Below are positions 1-9,037 of a stretch of 35,924 nt of DNA, one piece after another. The DNA is taken from positions 1 through 35,924 of the forward strand of contig JAEOTO010000038.1 of assembly GCA_016839805.1 (NCBI GenBank), given 5' to 3'. The notes below the pieces were generated by a model that did no database searches, was not told the origin of the DNA, and worked only from the letters and a program-made list of their open reading frames with translations. How positions within the stretch are numbered: the stretch's first letter is position 1; every line of letters starts with the position of its first letter. Source of the stretch: Candidatus Hermodarchaeota archaeon (GTDB taxonomy: Archaea > Asgardarchaeota > Hermodarchaeia > Hermodarchaeales > Hermodarchaeaceae). The position numbers and the translations under genes were made by a program.

Positions 1-47
1 AACCGATTGGAATTAACAGTCAGCTGCAGCGCCCTGTTAGGCGGCGG
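1..47 (-). repeat. attC-like recombination site (R''/L'' half; remainder runs off the window)
   Basis: Minus strand just after the stop codon reads CCGCC-GCCTAAC-AGGGC-GCTGCAGCTGAC. This is an RYYYAAC box (42..36), a 5-nt spacer and an L''-like box, the usual attC opening. Confidence 0.6.
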
Positions 48-48
48 T

Positions 49-564
49 CTAATTAGGCGCTTGTGGGTCTGCTTGCGAATAGACGAGTTGCACAAGCGCG
101 AATGCGGCTTGAAATAGGTTGAACAATAGTGCGGTTGTGTAGAAGGCGGGTTCTAGATGTGGAAACAAGCCAAGCATGGTTAGAACCAAGGGAACCTGAA
201 GCGGGATCTCAAGCAAGAGCCAAAAAAGCACGGTTATCACGGGGCTGGTTCGCATTCCGTTTTTCATGAGTTCTCTATTCACGGGATCTCGCATAGACAA
301 GATAATGACGACCCAGTTGAAGGTAAAGAAGATGAGACTGGACATAAACCAGAGGATGTGATCAGTGACACCGTAGAAGTTAAGTCCGACCGGTATGAGG
401 GCGTTGATAATCAACCCGAGTCCGATTGTGACCATACCCCGAATCCGCGCGAGTTGGGCAGCCTCGATCTCGTTGGGGCGAATGACACTGATGAGGGCGC
501 CGAAGCCGACAAAGACACCTGCGATTTCTGCTATCGCAATCAACAACGTAGAGTCTAGGGCCAA
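49..564 (-). CDS. Multi-pass membrane protein, integron-cassette-like
   Basis: About 5 hydrophobic helices starting LxAIAEIAGVFVGF. TTG start at 564 follows GGCGGTGG. The ORF-track N-terminal extension to 636 looks non-coding. Confidence 0.8.
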   Translation of the reverse strand: MALDSTLLIAIAEIAGVFVGFGALISVIRPNEIEAAQLARIRGMVTIGLGLIINALIPVGLNFYGVTDHILWFMSSLIFFTFNWVVIILSMRDPVNRELMKNGMRTSPVITVLFWLLLEIPLQVPLVLTMLGLFPHLEPAFYTTALLFNLFQAAFALVQLVYSQADPQAPN

Positions 565-660
565 GTTTCCACCGCCTAAATTGTTATTATCATGATGTGT
601 GTTGTTCCCTGTTTCTCTTCCTATACAACTGGGCATTAAACGTTTTTATCTAAATTCTCG

Positions 661-695
661 AGAAGACCCCACTCCTTTAGGGCGGAGTAGTTCAC
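661..695 (+). mobile_element. IS200/IS605-family right-end relic
   Basis: AGAAGACCCCACTCCTTTAGGGCGGAGTAGTTCAC is a degenerate C-rich/TTTA/G-rich hairpin followed by GTAGTTCAC, typical of tnpB-element right ends. No transposase or tnpB is nearby. Confidence 0.7.
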
Positions 696-757
696 GTATA
701 TCGGGTCATAGTCCACAGTAAAATGAAAGTTATGAGAAAGCAATGAAGCTCAGTAGA

Positions 758-776
758 AGTCAACTAACTTGCTGGC
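758..776 (+). repeat. 19-bp direct repeat, copy 1 (AGTCAACTAACTTGCTGGC)
   Basis: Exact match to 2881..2899. Confidence 0.9.
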
Positions 777-848
777 TAAAATGAATTCATATAAAAATAC
801 TCCCAGGCTTCTAGAAACAGGCTTTTTGATTGTTTCAGTGAAATCAAT

Positions 849-1589
849 TCAAATCGCTTTTCTGCTCTTTTCAAACAACTTCCACTTGCCTTCAGTTATG
901 ACTTCAACTTTTCCATCGATAACTTTCAAAGCGGTTTGATCATCAATCGCATATAAGGGGACATCGATTTTTGTAGCCCATTTTTCGATATTTTCAAGCG
1001 TTAATTGGGGAAGTATAGCGGAATTGAGGTGAGGGCGAATCACAAAATCGACAAAATGCATAGTCTTATCGCTGCCTGCATTGGTTGGTGCTTCCTCGTT
1101 ATATTCATCATCATAGTAGACTCCAGTTTTTTCAAAACGTTCAAGATTAAAATTTAAGCTGTCTGTTAGGATCATACTCCCGGCACTAATACCTACGTAG
1201 GGTTTGCCATTCTCAAGTATCTCAGGTAGAATCTCAAAAAGACCTGATTTTTGCATCCAGAAGCTGAGATAGAAACCGTTTCCTCCTCCGACAATTAAAG
1301 CATTTGCCTCTTCAATTTCTGGTAGCCAAATGTCCTTTTTTAGGCTCGGTAGAGCAGTTAACTCTAGGATCCCAAATTTTTTCCATTCTAAACGGCCAAG
1401 GCTGTGTATTCCATCCATTAAAGCAGATTTCCAAGCATAATAACTTCCATTAGGATACGCACGGATTGCTGTGGGGACAAATAAAGCTGTGGATTGATTG
1501 ATTGGCTTGCCTAGCAGGTCTACAAGTGCTTTTTGAATATGTTCATTTGTAATGCCTGCTGAGGTAAGAAGAAGTTTCATTTGGGTCAT
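849..1589 (-). CDS. Peptidase E (S51, type 1 glutamine amidotransferase-like)
   Basis: MKLLLTSAG start, VGGGN, YVGISAGS nucleophile motif, PH motif, YAIDD. Confidence 0.9.
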   Translation of the reverse strand: MTQMKLLLTSAGITNEHIQKALVDLLGKPINQSTALFVPTAIRAYPNGSYYAWKSALMDGIHSLGRLEWKKFGILELTALPSLKKDIWLPEIEEANALIVGGGNGFYLSFWMQKSGLFEILPEILENGKPYVGISAGSMILTDSLNFNLERFEKTGVYYDDEYNEEAPTNAGSDKTMHFVDFVIRPHLNSAILPQLTLENIEKWATKIDVPLYAIDDQTALKVIDGKVEVITEGKWKLFEKSRKAI

Positions 1590-1637
1590 GATATTTTATA
1601 CCTCTTACTTTTTTCCATTCTTTTCATCATTTTAGTT

Positions 1638-2165
1638 TTAAAAAGATGCATGGCATGCTTCCATGATAGCGCATTGTGTACAGACTTTTCGCCTCATGTA
1701 AAGAAAATTTACCCCCAGCACAACTAAAAAGCCAAATAACGATATTAGAGCAAATATGGAAAAATTCAGAAAGAACGAGATGACGATTAAGATAATAGGT
1801 ATTAGCCATATGGTGAAAAAATTGTACCCCCATCTTTTCGCGCACACTACATGCTTCTGCAAGTGCGATTCTTTCCATTCATCTAAAGGCAACAACTTCG
1901 CAATAGTCTCTCCCTCTTTTGTTGTTTCCTTAACTTTGTAGTAACAGTATTGACAATGGCGTATTGGCATTGCTAGAAAGTAAAACACAGTGGAATATAT
2001 GAGATATACCAATGCTGCCCACAAATTAAGAAAATATATCCCTATCGTGCCAAGAACTATCAGAGCAAGCGTCAAAACCATTACAAGTGCTGATCTATAG
2101 AAGGGACATTTCGGGAATATTCCTAAAAAAGAGAGTTTGGTCTGTTGCTCCACCACCATTTTCAT
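1638..2165 (-). CDS. Four-TM membrane protein with Cys motifs
   Basis: Two pairs of TM helices; HCQYC and VCTQC...C suggest metal binding. Confidence 0.75.
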   Translation of the reverse strand: MKMVVEQQTKLSFLGIFPKCPFYRSALVMVLTLALIVLGTIGIYFLNLWAALVYLIYSTVFYFLAMPIRHCQYCYYKVKETTKEGETIAKLLPLDEWKESHLQKHVVCAKRWGYNFFTIWLIPIILIVISFFLNFSIFALISLFGFLVVLGVNFLYMRRKVCTQCAIMEACHASF

Positions 2166-2252
2166 TCACTACCAGATTAAACCGTGCTAGTCATTTTCTC
2201 TCTTTTGTGCATCAGAACTCTTTTAGGTTTATCCAGTCATTAACATCGGACA

Positions 2253-2879
2253 ATGAAGCTTATGACGAACCCTGTAATTGAAGCTATAAAGAACAGGCGG
2301 TCTTGCAGATCCTTCGAACCTAAACCAATTCCGCGGGATATCATCAATACAATCATCGAGGCTGGCAATCGGGCCCCTTCACAGGGGAGGCTGGAAAAAG
2401 GCAAGAAGGACCCGCTTTTTCAGCCTTGGCGGTTTGTAGTTGTCGAAGACCCAGAGTTCAAACAAAAACTCGTAAAGACCACGTTGCCAATCTGGAAGAA
2501 AAGCACTGAACAAACCAAGGAGATGCTCCCTGAATGGTACGAGAAAGCAATGCGGCTCTATGAGGTGATGGACGAACCCAAAGACATGGTTTACTATTCT
2601 GCACCTGTCATCCTCTTCGTTATAGGTCCAGCTGATTACGCTGTTAGTTGTGCACTTGCCTGCCAGAACATCATGATTGCCGCATCTTCTCTCGGGCTTG
2701 GAAGCTGCTATGTGGGATTCGGTTCACTTGTCAAAGGCGATGCTGATATTGTACAAACTCTCGAGCTAACGGATGATGAACGAATATACGGACCTATCGT
2801 GCTTGGCTATCCAAAGGACATCCCTGAAGCACACGCGATGTTGTCGAAGAAAGACGAACCCAAGATTAAATGGATCTAG
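2253..2879 (+). CDS. Nitroreductase family protein
   Basis: RRSCRSF, APS...QPWRFVVV, NIMIAASSLGLGSC, LGYP motifs. Confidence 0.93.
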   Translation: MKLMTNPVIEAIKNRRSCRSFEPKPIPRDIINTIIEAGNRAPSQGRLEKGKKDPLFQPWRFVVVEDPEFKQKLVKTTLPIWKKSTEQTKEMLPEWYEKAMRLYEVMDEPKDMVYYSAPVILFVIGPADYAVSCALACQNIMIAASSLGLGSCYVGFGSLVKGDADIVQTLELTDDERIYGPIVLGYPKDIPEAHAMLSKKDEPKIKWI

Positions 2880-2880
2880 C

Positions 2881-2899
2881 AGTCAACTAACTTGCTGGC
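2881..2899 (+). repeat. 19-bp direct repeat, copy 2
   Basis: Exact match to 758..776; begins 1 nt after the nitroreductase stop. Confidence 0.9.
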
Positions 2900-3084
2900 G
2901 ATTACGTTAAAGGGTAATGCGGGTACATGAAACCTCAGGATTCCCGTTAATATATCGACGGAGAACACCATATTCTTTCATGCCAAAAATAGCTACTTCC
3001 TTCCCTGCTCGAAGAATCTCTTTAAAACGCATAATTTCCTCAATTTTTACTAGCATCCCCCTTGTAATATCCGGTGTAGTGGCT

Positions 3085-3471
3085 TCATTGGCTCATTTTC
3101 TTGCTACCGTTAGTGAATTCTTGAATCTCTACTTGCGGAGTTGATTCAGTCTGAATGGTTTCTGTGTTGCTATCGGCAGGGATATGAACCAGTATTCGAT
3201 AGGTGTCTGCACGTTCTCGAATTAATCCCGCACTAGTGAGAGATATGCATAAAATGAGGAATAATAGGGCAAAGAGGTTAAAATCGCTAATACGATTTGT
3301 AGACTTCACTTTTGAAATTACTAAAAAAATCGCAAGTGCCAGAATTATCAATGCAGTTCCTCTAATTTGAACAAGCACAGGTGAACTTGGGGGAATTAAA
3401 TCAAGCCCTCCGAGAATTATTAAAAAGATTACAAGTGGAAGGGCAATCTTCGTCGCTGAAGATTTCAACAA
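3085..3471 (-). CDS. Hypothetical 3-TM membrane protein, possibly a gene fragment
   Basis: Three hydrophobic segments; poor start context; flanked by short broken frames. Confidence 0.45.
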   Translation of the reverse strand: MLKSSATKIALPLVIFLIILGGLDLIPPSSPVLVQIRGTALIILALAIFLVISKVKSTNRISDFNLFALLFLILCISLTSAGLIRERADTYRILVHIPADSNTETIQTESTPQVEIQEFTNGSKKMSQ

Positions 3472-3774
3472 TGCATTACGCTTGGTAATATTCGTAGATG
3501 ATTATTCAAAAATAATTCCAACTGGGCACGTTATAATCAATCTTCTCATCAAATTACCCATTTTAATCTTCTTTTACGTTTTATGCGCATACCTCGCCTT
3601 CTTCTTATAAACATACAGCTATTTTTCCTCTTTCTTAGCCTCTGACTTACAACCAGTCAAAGAATTACAAAATCAGGGTAATTAGCGATTAGAATTTGGC
3701 GAGATTCATTTTTATTCAATTAATCTTGCTTGCTTCAGCCGATGTAATTTCATATGAAATTGGTGGGGTAAATC

Positions 3775-4584
3775 ATGATTGATCGGCGTGTGGCTGATTT
3801 CTTCCAATTTTGGCGTGAGCAATATCGGTGGCCTCTTAATCGATCACGGATAAAAACGGAAAAAAAAATCTTCGAGTTTGAAGAAAATGCTAAAGCCGCT
3901 GTTTCTTCTGGAAAAGTGGAAAGGCTAACTAGCTCATTGATGCAAATACACAGGTGGAAGACGCGCAACCAAGCAGGAATTACCGATAAATATGCTAAAC
4001 AACTTGATAAAGAACCCAAACGAGTACGAGAACTCCAAAAACTGCTACCAATCACTAGTGAAACACCAACAATGGTTTTGAAAAGCGCATTAGATTTGAT
4101 GCGATTCCCTGATTGCAACTTAACCGTGTGCACGGCACAATTAAGCTTCCTATCAGGAAGAGTGTTTCCGATTCTAGATCGGTTTCTGGCCCAATTCTTC
4201 AGTCGAAAAGCCCATCCAATGATGCTCCAATGGACAGAATATGACATTTTCAACGTTTTCGAATCAATTGGAAAAATTAACTTCATCCTTGAAGATGATG
4301 GGCGTAGCAAAGGCGTCCCTCGGCTAGCAGTCTATACCGAAACCTCCTATCGTTACAATCGAAATCAGTATGTAGACCAGCTAATTCCTAGACTTCAAAA
4401 TCTTGCAGAAGAACTAAGAAACGCGGATATGACATACCAAGGCATTGATCGAGACCAGCACCATTTTACTAGTGTCGACCTGCAAATGGCCATTTTTATT
4501 TTTGGCAAGAAAAACACACGATTATTCAAAGAATTTTACAAAATACCCCCAATCCCAAACCTGACTATTCAAACCCATGTTTAG
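3775..4584 (+). CDS. Hypothetical protein with HhH/DNA-glycosylase-like features
   Basis: 269-aa ORF with IHRWKT, helix-hairpin-like LMRFPDCNLTVCTAQLSF and FPILDR. Confidence 0.6.
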   Translation: MIDRRVADFFQFWREQYRWPLNRSRIKTEKKIFEFEENAKAAVSSGKVERLTSSLMQIHRWKTRNQAGITDKYAKQLDKEPKRVRELQKLLPITSETPTMVLKSALDLMRFPDCNLTVCTAQLSFLSGRVFPILDRFLAQFFSRKAHPMMLQWTEYDIFNVFESIGKINFILEDDGRSKGVPRLAVYTETSYRYNRNQYVDQLIPRLQNLAEELRNADMTYQGIDRDQHHFTSVDLQMAIFIFGKKNTRLFKEFYKIPPIPNLTIQTHV

Positions 4585-4645
4585 AATGCGAGATATCTCC
4601 AAGAAGGACAGACGGTGCTAAAATATAACAAAGGAGGCGGATAAG

Positions 4646-5233
4646 ATGAAGCGGGTGGAGAGATATAGACAATTGGCGAAGGTCTCGCACTCGGGGGCAA
4701 TTACTCGTCGGTATTTTGCTACCAATGCCTTTGACGGAACCTTGACGATTGTCGGATTAGTTCTTGGAAGCTACTTCGCGTTAATTCAAAATCCAATTAC
4801 CGTTATAAGAGCGGGAATCGGAGCTTGTATTGCTATGATGTTTTCGGGGTTTGCGGGGACTTACTTCGCAGAGCGGCTTATTCAACGTGAACAATTACAG
4901 GAATTGGAAAAGGCTATGGTACGAAAACTGGATAAGACACTTCCCAGCAGAGTATCTAGCTTCGTAATAGTTTTTTCTGCACTTGTGGATGGGGTAGCTC
5001 CGTTTATAACAGGTTTGTTGTGCCTTATTCCGATTATTGCCGCGGTATTAGGGATTACTACATGGAATCTATCTGTGATAATGTCGATTCTAATTGGCTT
5101 AATCATACTCTTCCTATTGGGGTTCTATATTGGAAAAGTCGCACGAATGAATCCCTGGTTCCAAGGTCTTCAGACATTTTTCATCGGAATCGGTACTGCC
5201 ATTGCCATCATTATTGTACAAATCGCTATTTAA
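4646..5233 (+). CDS. VIT1/CCC1 family membrane transporter
   Basis: RRYF..NAFDG, G.YFAE, LE..M, ALVDG.AP; GGAGG RBS. Confidence 0.85.
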   Translation: MKRVERYRQLAKVSHSGAITRRYFATNAFDGTLTIVGLVLGSYFALIQNPITVIRAGIGACIAMMFSGFAGTYFAERLIQREQLQELEKAMVRKLDKTLPSRVSSFVIVFSALVDGVAPFITGLLCLIPIIAAVLGITTWNLSVIMSILIGLIILFLLGFYIGKVARMNPWFQGLQTFFIGIGTAIAIIIVQIAI

Positions 5234-5316
5234 GAAAAAATCAAATAGAAGACAATATCTAATGAAAAACTCGACACACAATTCAAAAAAACCAAAAAAA
5301 ACAGAGGTAATATCTC

Positions 5317-5802
5317 ATGAAAATCGGAGAGATTTTAGCAAAAAGTAGGAAACGCTTGTCACGTTATGGAATACGTTATGGTAAACCGTTTGATGCCTAT
5401 TATGATTTGTTCTTGGCTAACGATAAAATTTCACCTATTCAGATTAACTCTGTGTTAGTGTTAACGGACAAACGTCCCCGTTCACTGATTGCCATCGCAT
5501 ATGCCCTTAGACTGGTTAAAGTGCTAAATGCTAACCTCGTAGCAATAACGATGGGTGTACATCAAGAGCTAATCAAAGGAGAAGCAGAAATCTATGACAT
5601 CAATCTTACTCTCCTAAAAACAGAAAGTAAACAGCCTTCATTAGGCTACCTTCTCAAAGTAATTCAAGACTACAATGTTGGTTTGGTTGTTTTTCATAAT
5701 CTGTATAAACTCTCTGAGGAACTCCAAGAGAGTTCACCGGTTCCGATTTTGCTTGTCAAAATTGATCAATACTTCAGATCCGCAAAGAAATTATCTGAAT
5801 GA
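5317..5802 (+). CDS. Universal-stress-protein-like protein
   Basis: SVLVLTD...S..AI.YA, and C-terminal SPVPILLV; GAGGT RBS. Confidence 0.65.
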   Translation: MKIGEILAKSRKRLSRYGIRYGKPFDAYYDLFLANDKISPIQINSVLVLTDKRPRSLIAIAYALRLVKVLNANLVAITMGVHQELIKGEAEIYDINLTLLKTESKQPSLGYLLKVIQDYNVGLVVFHNLYKLSEELQESSPVPILLVKIDQYFRSAKKLSE

Positions 5803-5824
5803 TATTTCACGTAGAGACACCTGG

Positions 5825-7216
5825 GTGACATATTTGTCTTCAAAACCAAGTCGCTTGACTAAGGCTCAGTTAAGGAGACTCTATGCACCCTTTCAACGCT
5901 TCTTCCGCTTAGAAGCTTCGAGCAGTATCCTTTTGATTATCTGCATTATCGTTGCACTTATCTGGGCGAATTCAATTTGGGGATTCAGTTATTTTGCATT
6001 ATGGGAAACTCATCTAACTGTTGCTATCGGTCCTTTTGTGATTTCTGAACCCCTCCGTTGGTGGATTAATGAGGGATTGATGGCTTTGTTTTTCTTTGTC
6101 GTTGGACTTGAGATAAAACGAGCAGTAGTTGTAGGTGAATTATCTCACATACAGGATGCCCTGTTCCCCATTCTCGCAGCAGTTGGAGGTATGATCGTAC
6201 CTGCTATCATCTATCTCATTATTAATTTTGGAACAATTGGCACAATTGGTTGGCCAATTCCTATGGCAACCGATATTGCCCTAGCATTAGGTGTCCTCGC
6301 GCTGTTAGGAAGCAGAGCACCAGTTTCATTGAAACTTTTTCTAAGCACCCTTGCAATTGCTGATGATATTGGTTCTGTTGTTGTCATTGGAATGTTCTTT
6401 TCAACAATTACCCCACTTCTCCCATTAATCATCGGTATAGTACTAATAATTTTGTTAGTTATTTTGAATCGCACGGGTATTCATTATATCCTTATTTTTG
6501 CAGTTTTGGGTGTGGGAGTGTGGTTTGCATTTCTGCTTTCGGGTGTGCATGCCACATTAGCAGGAGTGATTGTAGCGATGGCTATCCCTGCCATATCTCG
6601 GGTAGATACTGAAGACTTTTGCAGCAAGAGCCATATCCTGCTCAAAGATTTCGAAGAAGCAAAAAAACTTGGAGAAAGTGTCCTCACTAATAAAACTCAG
6701 CGAACAGCAGTTTTAGGCTTGCAAGCCATTTGTCGGGATGTTCAAGCTCCTCTTCAGCGAATAGAGTACTTTTTGCAACCTTGGGTGGGATTTGTTATCA
6801 TCCCCTTATTTGCTTTAGCAAATGCTGGTGTGTTGTTAGCCTTTGATATTTCCATCCCCGCTGCAGGAACTGTAGTTTTAGGTATCATAATGGGATTGAT
6901 CTTAGGAAAGCAAATTGGTATAATGTTCTTTTCGTGGCTAAGTGTACGAACAGGAGTAGCGAAGATGCCTAAGGATTTATCCTGGCATCAGATACATGCT
7001 GTAAGTTGTCTTGCTGGAATAGGATTCACCATGTCACTTTTCATGGCTGATTTAACATTCAGCGGAATTCCATTATTAGACACAGCAAAGATTGCAATTC
7101 TTGGTGCTTCACTTATTGCGGGTCTTCTTGGTTTCTTCTTTCTAGGTGGAGGAAAGATATTATCACAACTCTTCAAAGATACAATGAAAAGACTCAAAAC
7201 GAAGCAAATCCTGTAA
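5825..7216 (+). CDS. nhaA: Na+/H+ antiporter NhaA
   Basis: WIN.GLMALFFF.VGLEIKR, GW.IPMATDIA, LAIADD, SGVHAT, GIGFTMSLF. GTG at 5825 avoids overlap with the upstream gene. Confidence 0.95.
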   Translation: MTYLSSKPSRLTKAQLRRLYAPFQRFFRLEASSSILLIICIIVALIWANSIWGFSYFALWETHLTVAIGPFVISEPLRWWINEGLMALFFFVVGLEIKRAVVVGELSHIQDALFPILAAVGGMIVPAIIYLIINFGTIGTIGWPIPMATDIALALGVLALLGSRAPVSLKLFLSTLAIADDIGSVVVIGMFFSTITPLLPLIIGIVLIILLVILNRTGIHYILIFAVLGVGVWFAFLLSGVHATLAGVIVAMAIPAISRVDTEDFCSKSHILLKDFEEAKKLGESVLTNKTQRTAVLGLQAICRDVQAPLQRIEYFLQPWVGFVIIPLFALANAGVLLAFDISIPAAGTVVLGIIMGLILGKQIGIMFFSWLSVRTGVAKMPKDLSWHQIHAVSCLAGIGFTMSLFMADLTFSGIPLLDTAKIAILGASLIAGLLGFFFLGGGKILSQLFKDTMKRLKTKQIL

Positions 7217-7451
7217 GAAATCGATGTAATAGATGAACAGCTAATATCTATACTTAAAAACACTAAAGCTTGGGGTCCTTTTTGTTTAATAAACTCTTTC
7301 CTGGGTGTTATAGTTTAGGCATTCAACTTGAGCAGCTAGAAGCCATGGCGAATGTAATCATTGATTTTGTAAATGATCCTTAATTATTGTTGAAGGGATT
7401 TAGGTGAACAGCTTTCCCTGAGATAATATTTATTTACGCATTATACGCTTC

Positions 7452-8873
7452 ATGAGTTCAAAAGAATGCTTTATGGAGTGGGATTACCAATCGATGTTTC
7501 CAGCAGTTTTTGCCCTCATTCTCTTTATCTTTATTATTCTTTTGATAATGTTAGATGTGATGGACCATACTGCTGCTGCCTTAATTGGTGGGATAATCGC
7601 TATTTTCTATCTCGCATCAATATGGCCCGTATGGCGAGCCGCTGTAATTCTAGCTGATCCAAGCTCATCCTACCAGTTCCTACCTGAACAATTTAATTCA
7701 ACAGTATTTGCTTTCTTCTTCAATAAATGGGTAGACCTTCCGACATTGATTCTGATTCTATCAATGTTAGTCATTACTGAGGTGTCAAAAGATTCAGGGG
7801 TATTCCAATTCATTGTAATCAAAGCTATTAAATTCAGTAGAGGTGATACTCGAAAACTTCTCATCATTTTTTGTCTGCTTAGCTTTGGTATGACAACGAT
7901 TCTTACACAAATTACAACGATGCTTATTATGGGTACTCTCATTTTCTTAGCTTGTGATGCGTTAGAAACGAATCCAGCGCCTTATTTGATTTCTGTTGCA
8001 CTGGCTGCTAATGTCGGAGGAATTACATCACTTATTGCTAGCGTTCCTGCAATGCTCATTGCTGGAGTCACGTTGTATACCTTTGAATGGTTCATCATCA
8101 ATATGATGCCCCTTGGGCTCACATTATTAGCAATCACTATATTCATTATTTTACGATTATTCAGAAAGGAGTTCATAATTCCCCGACGTTCTCGAGTTGA
8201 AGACCTACTAGAGATTGATGAATGGGAATTAGTCCCAGATCGCTTAGTCTTCTATCGAACCGCAGTGTTACTAATCATAATAATTACGGGGTTCATTACA
8301 ATTGGATCTCTGGGGTTGACTTTTCTTGTAGCACTTGGAGGGGCATTAGCTTTTGTAACTCTTAGTGGTATTCGACCTGGTGAAATATTCAAGGAAATTG
8401 AATGGTCTGTTATTTTCTTCTTTTTGGGGCTTTTCTTTCTTGTTGGTCTCTTGGAAGAATTTGGTGTTCTTGAAACCATTGGACATGGAATATTAGCTTT
8501 GACAGGTGGCAATGCATTCTTAGCGACTTTCTTAATGGTTTGGATATCAGGTCTCACGAGCGGGTTTGTCGATAATATTCCAGTTACACTCACATTCATT
8601 CCAGTGGTGCATGTTCTAGCAACAGGACCACCTGCTCTTCCTGCAGGTAATCTTTGGGCTGCCCTACTGGTAGGGGCCGTTCTAGGTGGTTGCCTTACAC
8701 CAATTGCTAGTGCAGCAAATGTGTTAGCAGTCACTATTGCGGAGAAAGAAGAACGACCTCTTCCAAAAAGCCAGTTTCTTCGAACCGGTGTAATTCTAAC
8801 CTTAGTATTTCTTCTTGTTAGCACTGGTTATCTTTTCCTTCGAATTTTTCTATTTCCAATACCTGCACCTTAG
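7452..8873 (+). CDS. ArsB/NhaD/SLC13 (IT superfamily) permease
   Basis: AANVGG, SGFVDNIP, LGGCLTPIASAAN; about 11-12 TM helices. Confidence 0.9.
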   Translation: MSSKECFMEWDYQSMFPAVFALILFIFIILLIMLDVMDHTAAALIGGIIAIFYLASIWPVWRAAVILADPSSSYQFLPEQFNSTVFAFFFNKWVDLPTLILILSMLVITEVSKDSGVFQFIVIKAIKFSRGDTRKLLIIFCLLSFGMTTILTQITTMLIMGTLIFLACDALETNPAPYLISVALAANVGGITSLIASVPAMLIAGVTLYTFEWFIINMMPLGLTLLAITIFIILRLFRKEFIIPRRSRVEDLLEIDEWELVPDRLVFYRTAVLLIIIITGFITIGSLGLTFLVALGGALAFVTLSGIRPGEIFKEIEWSVIFFFLGLFFLVGLLEEFGVLETIGHGILALTGGNAFLATFLMVWISGLTSGFVDNIPVTLTFIPVVHVLATGPPALPAGNLWAALLVGAVLGGCLTPIASAANVLAVTIAEKEERPLPKSQFLRTGVILTLVFLLVSTGYLFLRIFLFPIPAP

Positions 8874-9037
8874 TCGCCAAATTAACTAAGAGGCTGAAAA
8901 AACAGTGAAAAGCTTTTGTGCATAGTCACCTAATGAGAATCTATAGACCTATACAACATTACAGGAATGATTTAGGAGAAGCTTAAGCATTCTATTCTCG
9001 TTTCCAATTTCAACTCTCGGAATAACTAAGACTAGGA

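Noticed and set aside
696-770. Short matches to the 28.7 kb RNA (TAGTCCACAG as reverse complement, TCGGGTC, AGTCAACTA)
   Set aside because: Only 7-10 bp, in mixed orientation and not collinear; compatible with chance.
758-2899. 19-bp repeats as a CRISPR array
   Set aside because: Only two copies 2.1 kb apart; no cas genes.
2907-3087. Possible UGA (Sec) readthrough of the 3085..3471 ORF
   Set aside because: The frame stops again after 14 codons, and there is no redox motif or evident SECIS.
5675-5824. N-terminal extension of NhaA in the ORF track
   Set aside because: Overlaps the upstream USP-like gene and has no NhaA character.
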